From: Candidatus Saccharimonadota bacterium
GTDB taxonomy: Bacteria; Patescibacteriota; Saccharimonadia; Saccharimonadales; UBA4665
Length of the DNA stretch: 32,000 nucleotides
NCBI GenBank assembly: GCA_016700375.1
Contig: CP065016.1
Coordinates: 360,001-392,000, forward strand
Direction: 5' to 3'
Shown: positions 16,670 to 23,024 of the stretch, in pieces
How positions within the stretch are numbered: the first letter of the stretch is position 1
Layout of the letters: each line of letters opens with the position of its first letter
Notes under the pieces: generated by a model
Seen by the model: only the letters and a program-made list of their open reading frames with translations
The model's database searches: none
Told to the model about the DNA's origin: nothing
Made by a program: the position numbers and the translations under genes

Positions 16670-16716
16670 AAAGACCTTCCGCGTTGTAGCCTAGAAACTA
16701 CCGGCCGAAGGTCTTG
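16666..16716. repeat. Copy 1 of a ~50-nt hairpin repeat (terminator-like when read on the minus strand)
   Basis: ATAAAAAGACCTTCCGC..GTAGCCTAGAAACTACCGGCCGAAGGTCTTG. Outer stem AAGACCTTC/GAAGGTCTT (16671-16679/16707-16715) and inner stem GTAG/CTAC. An A-run precedes it, which is a T-run on the minus strand. Confidence 0.7.
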
Positions 16717-16880
16717 GTGAAATACTTGCATGCACACCCCCTTCTTGCCAATACCAGCTGGGTGCTTAAGGCTATATTTGATGGTTTTCTGGACCCTCAT
16801 TCACGCTTTTTTGTCAATATAACGTGAACAGGTAGGGTTTTTCCATGATATTAACGTTTTTTCGATGAGTTTACTAGCAA

Positions 16881-16933
16881 ATAAAAAGGCCTTCCGCACT
16901 GGGTAGGCGAGAAACTACCGGCCGAAAGTCTTG
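16881..16933. repeat. Copy 2 of the ~50-nt hairpin repeat
   Basis: ATAAAAAGGCCTTCCGC..GGTAGGCGAGAAACTACCGGCCGAAAGTCTTG. Same architecture as 16666-16716, with an inner stem GGTAG/CTACC and the conserved core GAAACTACCGGCCGAA. Confidence 0.7.
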
Positions 16934-16980
16934 CTTATGTAGTACCGCGCGTAAGCTATTTTGCCAATCCGGGGTAGTGT

Positions 16981-17901
16981 ATGCTAGATGCTATGACCTG
17001 GCAAGCAATCATCGAAAGAGTAAAAGAACTTGGTTTGCCTGAGGGTCAGTATATTGTGTTTGGATCTGCGCCCATGGCACTGGCCGGGCTGCGCGAAACC
17101 AATGATATTGACCTGTTGGTAACTGTTGAGGTGCGCGAGCAGCTGGCGAATTCTGGGTGGGCCGAGGTGCGGAAAGGTGAAAATGACCACCCCGTAACAC
17201 ATGATGTTTTCGAGGCGCATGATGCCTGGAACTTTGACGCATATCAGCCAACGCTGGACGAACTACTGTCTCGCGCAGTCGTGCAAAACGGCGTGCCGTT
17301 TGCTTCGCTAGAAGACGTACGCCGTTGGAAAGAAGCCGCCGACCGACCGAAGGATGTGGCAGACCGTAAACTCATCCGAGACTACCAAGCACGTCTTTCG
17401 AGCACCTCAACCCTGCAATCCCAAGTGGAAACCGCCCTTGATGAGTATGGCATCCGACACGAAGTACTGGCCTGCGACCCGAGCATGGCTGATACGGCTG
17501 CATTTTGCGAACACTATGGGTTCACACTGGAGCAGGCAGCAAATACCCTTTTGGTCGCATCACGCAAAACCGAACCAACTAAGTATGCTTTGTGTGTTGT
17601 GCTCGGCACGACCAGGCTGGACGTAAATAAAAAAGTGTGCGAACTGCTGGGCGTCAAGCGTGCATCTTTTGCCGATGCCGAAACCACACGGGAGCTTACC
17701 GGTATGGAAATAGGCGGTGTCGTGGCCATAGGCACAAACCCAAAGATTCCAGTTTATATAGACAGCCTTGTTCTCGAGCAAGAAAAGGTAGTCATGGGCG
17801 GCGGCAACCGCACCAGCAAAATTGTACTTGACCCGAAAGAACTTCAGAAACTGCCACAAGCAAATGTAATCAATAATCTTGCGAAAGATGTAAATATATG
17901 A
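16981..17901 (+). CDS. Fusion protein: N-terminal pol-beta-type nucleotidyltransferase-like domain plus C-terminal YbaK/ProX-type aminoacyl-tRNA deacylase domain
   Basis: N-terminal FGSAPMALAGLRETNDIDLLV (G-S...D-x-D) and RRWKEAADRPKDVADRKLI. The C-terminal half, LEQAANTLLVASRKTEPTKYALCVVLGTTRLDVNKKVCELLGVKRASFADAETTRELTGMEIGGVVAIG..VVMGGGNRTSKIVL, matches the YbaK/EbsC editing-domain pattern. Confidence 0.75.
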   Translation: MLDAMTWQAIIERVKELGLPEGQYIVFGSAPMALAGLRETNDIDLLVTVEVREQLANSGWAEVRKGENDHPVTHDVFEAHDAWNFDAYQPTLDELLSRAVVQNGVPFASLEDVRRWKEAADRPKDVADRKLIRDYQARLSSTSTLQSQVETALDEYGIRHEVLACDPSMADTAAFCEHYGFTLEQAANTLLVASRKTEPTKYALCVVLGTTRLDVNKKVCELLGVKRASFADAETTRELTGMEIGGVVAIGTNPKIPVYIDSLVLEQEKVVMGGGNRTSKIVLDPKELQKLPQANVINNLAKDVNI

Positions 17902-18455
17902 AAAACGCGTTTATTTTTCATGGTACGAGCGGCTTCCCAGAGGAAAATTGGTTTCCGTGGCTCAAGAACAAACTTGAAAAACGCGGTATTGTGGTAACTG
18001 TGCCAAAGTTTCCAACGCCCGAAGGACAGTCGTTGCAGGCATGGCTAGAAATCATGAAGCCGTACGAACAGGAGGTGAACGCCGAAACAATCCTTATTGG
18101 CCACAGCTTGGGCGGATTATTCCTACTGCGCTACTTGGAGCAGCTCAAACGCGCTGTGGGTAGCTCCATATTCGTAGCGGCTTCTGCCGGCGTAAAGCCA
18201 ATCAAATTTTACGAGCTAGACGCGGCTTTTAGTGGCGGATTCGTATTTAACTGGGGCGCAATTCACCGCGTAGCTGGTAAGACGGCTGTTTTTCATAGCG
18301 ACAACGACCCATATATATCGCTCGGCAACGGCGAATTAATCGCAGAAAAACTTGGCACCGACTTCCACATGCTGCAAAACGCCGGGCATTTCAACACCGC
18401 ATCAGGCCATACTAAGTTCCCACAATTGCTCAATATAATAGAGTCAAAGCTATGA
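17898..18455 (+). CDS. Alpha/beta serine hydrolase, YdeN/RBBP9-like
   Basis: FIFHGTSGFPEENWFPWL, nucleophile elbow LIGHSLGG, and a C-terminal HSDNDPYI...AGHF. The start overlaps the upstream stop (ATGA). Confidence 0.8.
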   Translation: MKNAFIFHGTSGFPEENWFPWLKNKLEKRGIVVTVPKFPTPEGQSLQAWLEIMKPYEQEVNAETILIGHSLGGLFLLRYLEQLKRAVGSSIFVAASAGVKPIKFYELDAAFSGGFVFNWGAIHRVAGKTAVFHSDNDPYISLGNGELIAEKLGTDFHMLQNAGHFNTASGHTKFPQLLNIIESKL

Positions 18456-19339
18456 ACCATAAAATAGTAGTTTTTGATAATCGGCTGCAGCCAAAAGCGC
18501 AAAAACAAATCCAGTCTTTTACGGCAGAGCCTATAATTTTCCCAGTCGAACGCAATATTTCCGAAAAAGAACTTATCCTGCGTACGGGCGATGCGGATAT
18601 CGTCCTCGTCAGCCCGTGGGATAAAATTACTGCGAGCTATCTAAACGCGTGTTCTTTTATCAAATATATCGGTCTTTGTGGCACATCCACGGCAAATATA
18701 GATCTGGAGGAACTCAAAAGGCGAAATATTGCGTTTACAAATGTAGAGAGTCACGGCAAAGAATCTGTTGCGGAGTTTGTATTTATGCAGCTCGTACGGC
18801 TTGCTCGTGGAGTTGGTGACTACCAGTGGAAAGCCGAGCAGCATCACCTTATGGGGCACACAATAGGTATCATTGGGCTTGGTCACGTCGGAGAAGCAAT
18901 CGCCCATATGGCACTCGCTTACAAAATGAACGTTTTATATAGCAGTCCGCATCATAAACCAGAATGGGAAGAACGTGGCGTGGGCTATCGTGAAGTAAAT
19001 GGGCTTTTGCAAAGCAGTGATTTTGTGGTTTTATGTGCTCCAACGAATATCCAGGTACTTGGTACTGCTGAATTTGAAATGATGAGACCCGGCAGCGTAC
19101 TAGTACAGACGAGTTCAGGAACGTCGTTTGATAAGGAGGCGTTTTCCCGGTGGATTTCGAAAGAAGGCAATTTTGCCATATTTGACAAGTCTGCTGGTGA
19201 AGAAAATTACCAGCAACTCAAGAACATCCCTCGCGTAATTTTCTCAGATAAAATTGGTGGTGATACCTATGAAACAGATGAACGCCGCGGAACAGTTGTA
19301 GTCGATAATCTCAGAAAGTATATCGCGTCGGCGCAGTAG
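18452..19339 (+). CDS. D-isomer-specific 2-hydroxyacid dehydrogenase family, NAD-binding
   Basis: Rossmann motif GHTIGIIGLGHVGEAIA, family-typical length and layout. The start overlaps the upstream stop (ATGA). Confidence 0.85.
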   Translation: MNHKIVVFDNRLQPKAQKQIQSFTAEPIIFPVERNISEKELILRTGDADIVLVSPWDKITASYLNACSFIKYIGLCGTSTANIDLEELKRRNIAFTNVESHGKESVAEFVFMQLVRLARGVGDYQWKAEQHHLMGHTIGIIGLGHVGEAIAHMALAYKMNVLYSSPHHKPEWEERGVGYREVNGLLQSSDFVVLCAPTNIQVLGTAEFEMMRPGSVLVQTSSGTSFDKEAFSRWISKEGNFAIFDKSAGEENYQQLKNIPRVIFSDKIGGDTYETDERRGTVVVDNLRKYIASAQ

Positions 19340-19341
19340 CC

Positions 19342-19548
19342 CTATTTTTTGAAATCTCGGGCATAGAGGCCAGATTGGCGAACGATAGAGCGGAAGGTTC
19401 CCAGTGGAATTTCTTTGCGTGGCGTCGGGATAATGACAGTGCGCTCACCACTGCGATATTTTGCGTGACTTCCACGCTGTGAAACAAACTCGAACCCGTG
19501 TTTTTCGAGCGTACGAATAATCTCTTTAGAAGATGGCAGTTTAGGCAT
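19342..19548 (-). CDS. hicA: HicA mRNA-interferase toxin
   Basis: SSKEIIRTLEKHGFEFVSQRGSHAKY...VIIPTPRKEIPLGTFRSIVRQSGL is a canonical HicA sequence. It overlaps the hicB stop by 8 nt. Confidence 0.9.
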   Translation of the reverse strand: MPKLPSSKEIIRTLEKHGFEFVSQRGSHAKYRSGERTVIIPTPRKEIPLGTFRSIVRQSGLYARDFKK

Positions 19549-19762
19549 GGCGCAGACGAAGCGTATGTATTGAAGGAGTTTTCACATCTGTTACGACAGA
19601 ATTGGGCGCGTCCTCAAAATAGAGTTCGAGCGCTTCGTGCAAGTTTGCCAAGGCTTCTTCGGGGTTTACACCAAAGCTCGACACATCAACATTCAGACAC
19701 TGCGCCACATAGTAGGCACCTTCCTGATACATCACCGACTGGTAGGTAACTTGCTTTTTCAC
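19541..19762 (-). CDS. hicB: HicB antitoxin (N-terminal HicB fold only)
   Basis: YQEGAYYVAQCLNVDVSSFGVNPEEALANLHEALELYFE. The track start is GTG 19789. I prefer GTG 19762 (VKKQVTYQ..) because TATACT (plus coordinates 19770-19775) lies 7 nt upstream. Confidence 0.85.
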   Translation of the reverse strand: MKKQVTYQSVMYQEGAYYVAQCLNVDVSSFGVNPEEALANLHEALELYFEDAPNSVVTDVKTPSIHTLRLRHA

Positions 19763-19855
19763 ATGTATAAGTATATCACAAGGTTTCACGCTTGCGTCTG
19801 TATCGTATAAAGCGCTCCGGCAAGGAATAGCTCAAGACACCGTACACTAAGCTAT

Positions 19856-19893
19856 CTTAAAATAAATCGTACGGCCGTACGATTTATTTTAAG
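19856..19893. promoter_or_regulatory. Perfect 38-bp palindrome in the divergent hicB / NOX-like intergenic region
   Basis: CTTAAAATAAATCGTACGG|CCGTACGATTTATTTTAAG: 19+19 nt, no mismatch and no loop. It could be an operator or a bidirectional terminator/insulator. Confidence 0.6.
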
Positions 19894-19987
19894 GAACAGG
19901 GGGGCAAATTTATGGCACTGGAAAAATGAGGATTATTCGGTACAATAAAACATAAGTTAGATACATAGAGCACGACGAGAGTAGTCC

Positions 19988-21388
19988 ATGCAGCCAAACG
20001 GAAATAGAAAAGTCGTTATGAGTTTTCGACCAGAGCACCTGGTTGGTTGGGGCGTGACTATTATACTCTGCCTGGTGCCCGTTGCGCTCTGGATGCGAAT
20101 TCATCCGCTTAGCACCATTCATGGCTTCATACCGACCATGCTCAATCTTGGTCGCATAGCCGGACTGGTCGGCACGGTTATGTACGCGCTGAACCTAGTG
20201 TATGCCACCCGCTTACGATTTCTGGAGTACTGGTTTGGCGGGTTGAACCGCGTATACATTGCCCACCACCTACTGGGGGGGCTAGCGCTCATTATGCTTT
20301 CGTTTCACCCACTTTTTTTAGCACTGCGCTACGTCACGACAAACATCAAACAGGCAGCACTGTTGCTCGTGCCGAATGGGCTATTTCCGCTGAGCGCACT
20401 GTTCGACACCAAGCATGAATACCACGCCGTAGTGCTCCAGCAATGGGCAACCATGTTCGGGAGTATTGCGTTTTGGGGCATGGTTGGACTCTTGCTAGTA
20501 ACGTTTTTTATAAAACTACCATATCGCCTCTGGTTGTTTACGCATAAGTTCCTGGGCGTCGCTTTTTTCATAGCCGGACTTCATATATTTTTCATCAGCA
20601 GTGACACATCAAATGATGCAGCGATGAAATGGTACATTCTTACCATTGTTGCCATTGGGTTGGCCGCTTTTGTCTATAAAACACTGGTCGGCAATATTGT
20701 TATTCGCAAATACAAATACAAGGTAAGCTCAGTGCAAGTTGTAGCCGGCAATGTCGTTCAGGTACTCATGACACCGCTCGCTGCTACTATGCACTATAAG
20801 CCGGGCCAGTTTGTCTTCGTAAAGTTTAGCGGCGGCGGACCGCATGTAACAGGCGAGTGGCATCCCTTTTCTATTAGCTCTAGCCCGAAAGACCCTGGCT
20901 TAGAACTAAGTATCAAGGGGCTGGGCGACTACACAAACACACTGGTAAACCTCCAGGTCGGTGCTACCGCCACCGTCGAGGGAGCCTACGGGCGCTTTAG
21001 CTATGTGAACTACAAAGTGAAAGACCAGGTTTGGATTGCCGGAGGCATAGGGATAACACCGTTTCTGTCTATGCTGAAGGATTTGCCACCCGAGGGACAT
21101 CGGGTAGATTTGTACTACGCGGTCAAAACCGCCAGCGAAATGATTGACCGAGACAAACTTGCCCAGCATTCGCATGCACGGGAGAACGTGCGTGTTATAC
21201 CCTACATAGGCGACCAGCAACCAGGGCACCTTGACGTAGACTTTATAGAAAAAAACAGCGGCGAACTGAAGGGCAAAGATTTTTACATATGCGGCCCGCC
21301 ACCCATGATGCAAGGACTGAAAAAGCAGCTCCGTGCTCACGGTGTTCCCGCCACCAGTATCCACAGCGAAGAATTCGGCATGTCATAA
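19988..21388 (+). CDS. NOX/ferric-reductase-like membrane flavocytochrome (6-TM FRD domain plus FAD- and NAD(P)H-binding domains)
   Basis: Two His pairs 13 residues apart sit in hydrophobic helices (HLLGGLALIMLSFH and HKFLGVAFFIAGLH), the bis-heme ligand pattern of the FRD family. FAD motif HPFSISS. NAD(P)H motifs IAGGIGITPFLSML and YICGPPPMM. The start may be 19988 or ATG 20018. Confidence 0.85.
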   Translation: MQPNGNRKVVMSFRPEHLVGWGVTIILCLVPVALWMRIHPLSTIHGFIPTMLNLGRIAGLVGTVMYALNLVYATRLRFLEYWFGGLNRVYIAHHLLGGLALIMLSFHPLFLALRYVTTNIKQAALLLVPNGLFPLSALFDTKHEYHAVVLQQWATMFGSIAFWGMVGLLLVTFFIKLPYRLWLFTHKFLGVAFFIAGLHIFFISSDTSNDAAMKWYILTIVAIGLAAFVYKTLVGNIVIRKYKYKVSSVQVVAGNVVQVLMTPLAATMHYKPGQFVFVKFSGGGPHVTGEWHPFSISSSPKDPGLELSIKGLGDYTNTLVNLQVGATATVEGAYGRFSYVNYKVKDQVWIAGGIGITPFLSMLKDLPPEGHRVDLYYAVKTASEMIDRDKLAQHSHARENVRVIPYIGDQQPGHLDVDFIEKNSGELKGKDFYICGPPPMMQGLKKQLRAHGVPATSIHSEEFGMS

Positions 21389-21428
21389 GAAAGAATGGAG
21401 AATAATGAATGATGAATCATGAAAAATC
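21387..21428 (+). repeat. Heptamer-periodic tract, 6 degenerate units (AANNNNG) directly after the NOX-like stop
   Basis: aagaaag aatggag aataatg aatgatg aatcatg aaaaatc. Confidence 0.7.
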
Positions 21429-21617
21429 CACAACAGCCACGCTCATGTCACGGGCTTCGCACTTCGAGTTCATGCGCATTTTCTCGGCGAAGCACGGAAG
21501 GAGCCGTACTAGGGTACGGCGAGTGAGTACTGTAGCGGAAAAATGTGCAGGAGCCGAAGAAGCCAGCAGAGTTGGCGGCTCTGCCGACAAGCCGGCCGGC
21601 TGGTGCGGAGCACGTGT
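21429..21617 (+). promoter_or_regulatory. GC-rich multi-hairpin non-coding segment (candidate structured leader or ncRNA) upstream of the b5-like operon
   Basis: Hairpins: GCTTCGC/GCGAAGC (21454-21460/21487-21493); GCCGTAC-TAGG-GTACGGC (21503-21520); GAGCCG..GCCAG-CAGAG-TTGGC..CGGCTC (21551-21581). A 12-bp palindrome AGCCGGCCGGCT is at 21590-21601. The only ORFs here (21409-21627 and the N-terminal extension from 21543) have Arg/Cys-rich, non-protein-like translations. Confidence 0.35.
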
Positions 21618-22388
21618 ATGTGGCTAAAGAAACTCGTGGGCCTGAGCATGCTTATCACCCTCGTCGGCATGAACGCCATAGTTCTCGCCGGATTTTTTGG
21701 GCCCGATAAAAATAAAGGCAATTTTGCGCTTTCACAAACGTCCGCTACACCACCGACAGTCACGCTCACGGCAGAGCCTGCCGAATCTTCCGTTGGCTCC
21801 TTTAGCGCCCTTAAGTGGGACGTCACAGGCGATGTCACAGCCTGTACCGCCAGCGGCGATTGGAGTGGTACAAAAACGCCCTTTGGCAGCGAAAGCACCG
21901 GCAGACTCACCGCCGAAGGTACCAAAACGTATACACTTATTTGCACTAACAAAGCTGGCCAAAGCCAACCCGCTACTGCAACAATTACGGTGAAGCCAGC
22001 GGCCACGGTTGCGACCACACCTACCCAAACTAGCACCACTACACCAACAACCGGTTCGACACCTAAGACAGTCGTCTACTGCGACGGTGCAAGTCCGTGC
22101 TACGGCCCACGCGAAGTTGCGTCGCATAGCGGTGCCGGGAATTGTTGGGGCTACAACGCCGGGCGCATCTTGAACATCACCGGCTTTGATGCCGCATACC
22201 ATAAAGGTAAAAGTGGCATCAGCAGTATCGAGGTTGGAGGCGTGTGCGGTAAAGACCTCACTGGCTCCCTGGGCGGGAACGTTAGCGCTGACGGACAAAC
22301 CAGAAACCACAACTCAGCCACAAAATCGAACGCCGACCGCAACATGATTCCGTATTTTGTGGGGTATTACGATGCAAATAAACCGTAA
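21618..22388 (+). CDS. Secreted or anchored protein: signal/anchor, one Cys-pair Ig-like repeat, Thr/Pro linker, C-terminal cytochrome-b5-like domain
   Basis: GGAG lies 7 nt before ATG 21618. N-terminus MWLKKLVGLSMLITLVGMNAIVLAGFF. Repeat: TVTLTAEP..LKWDVTGDVTACTASGDWSGTK...YTLICTNKAG. C-terminus REVASHSGAGNCWGYNAGRILNITGFDAAYHKG...GKDLTG...RNHNSAT...FVGYYD follows the b5 pattern (E-V-x-x-H..CW...G-x-V/I-x-D/N-V/I-T-x-F...H-x-G....G-x-D-x-T....H-S/N), with both heme-ligand His positions occupied. Confidence 0.75.
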   Translation: MWLKKLVGLSMLITLVGMNAIVLAGFFGPDKNKGNFALSQTSATPPTVTLTAEPAESSVGSFSALKWDVTGDVTACTASGDWSGTKTPFGSESTGRLTAEGTKTYTLICTNKAGQSQPATATITVKPAATVATTPTQTSTTTPTTGSTPKTVVYCDGASPCYGPREVASHSGAGNCWGYNAGRILNITGFDAAYHKGKSGISSIEVGGVCGKDLTGSLGGNVSADGQTRNHNSATKSNADRNMIPYFVGYYDANKP

Positions 22389-22428
22389 GAAATTGAGAGA
22401 TAAGAAGTAAGAGATATGAGTCAAGAGA
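22387..22428 (+). repeat. Heptamer-periodic tract, 6 units (TAAGAGA-like) containing the start codon of the next gene
   Basis: aagaaat tgagaga taagaag taagaga tatgagt caagaga. ATG 22416 is the ATG of the TATGAGT unit. Confidence 0.85.
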
Positions 22429-23024
22429 AAACACAGAGGGCCAAGGGTAAAAAGCAAGGTCAGTCCATAAATGAGGTAAAACTTTCAGATGTAAAACGCC
22501 GTCCCAGGTGGAATTTTGAAAAAAAGCTGTTCGCGGGCAGTCTAATACTCTTCACGATATCGCTCGCTATGCTCCTGGCCGCCGTGTCCATTGCGGGCGA
22601 GCGAACACGCGTGCCATTTGTGGGCATGGAAATAGGCAAGCCAGTTACGAGCGGAGTTAGTAGTATGACAGTAACCAATGTCCAGCATACAAGTGGCAAA
22701 AAACCATTTGTCGCTCCACTAGAATTCGAATATCTTTTGCTCACACTCACCATAAAAAACAACAGCGAAAAACCATTCGACGTTCTACCGACAACAGATA
22801 CGTATGTAAAGACAAGTAGCGGTGAGGTGAGTTACGTTACACCGTTTGCGCTGACGCGCCCATTTCGAAGTGGGCAAGTACTGCCAGGGGAGTCAACGAC
22901 GGGCGAATTAAGCTACCTTGTTCCAAAAAACACCGCGTACAAGTTCTACGTTGAATCGGGCTGGTCGGGCGGCGCCGTGTCATTCATGGTACAATCAGAT
23001 AAACACAAGCAGGATTCACCCTAA
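22416..23024 (+). CDS. Membrane-anchored DUF4352-like protein (module 1)
   Basis: Basic N-terminus, TM segment FAGSLILFTISLAMLLAAVSIAG, then a beta-sandwich-type pattern LLLTLTIKNNSEKPFDVLPTTDTYVKTSSGEVSY...VLPGESTTGELSYLVPKNT typical of DUF4352. Confidence 0.75.
   Translation: MSQEKTQRAKGKKQGQSINEVKLSDVKRRPRWNFEKKLFAGSLILFTISLAMLLAAVSIAGERTRVPFVGMEIGKPVTSGVSSMTVTNVQHTSGKKPFVAPLEFEYLLLTLTIKNNSEKPFDVLPTTDTYVKTSSGEVSYVTPFALTRPFRSGQVLPGESTTGELSYLVPKNTAYKFYVESGWSGGAVSFMVQSDKHKQDSP

Noticed and set aside
16591-16800. 69-aa minus-strand ORF spanning the Fic 3' end and hairpin repeat copy 1
   Set aside because: It overlaps the Fic coding region and reads through a stable hairpin. The hairpin repeat explains it better than a coding sequence does.
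21409-22039. ORFs 21409-21627(+), the 21543 start of the b5-like gene, and 21509-22039(-), 21732-22310(-)
   Set aside because: The translations are Arg/Cys/Gly-rich or antisense shadows of the Ig-like repeat. ATG 21618 has a GGAG Shine-Dalgarno sequence and yields a clean signal-anchor N-terminus.
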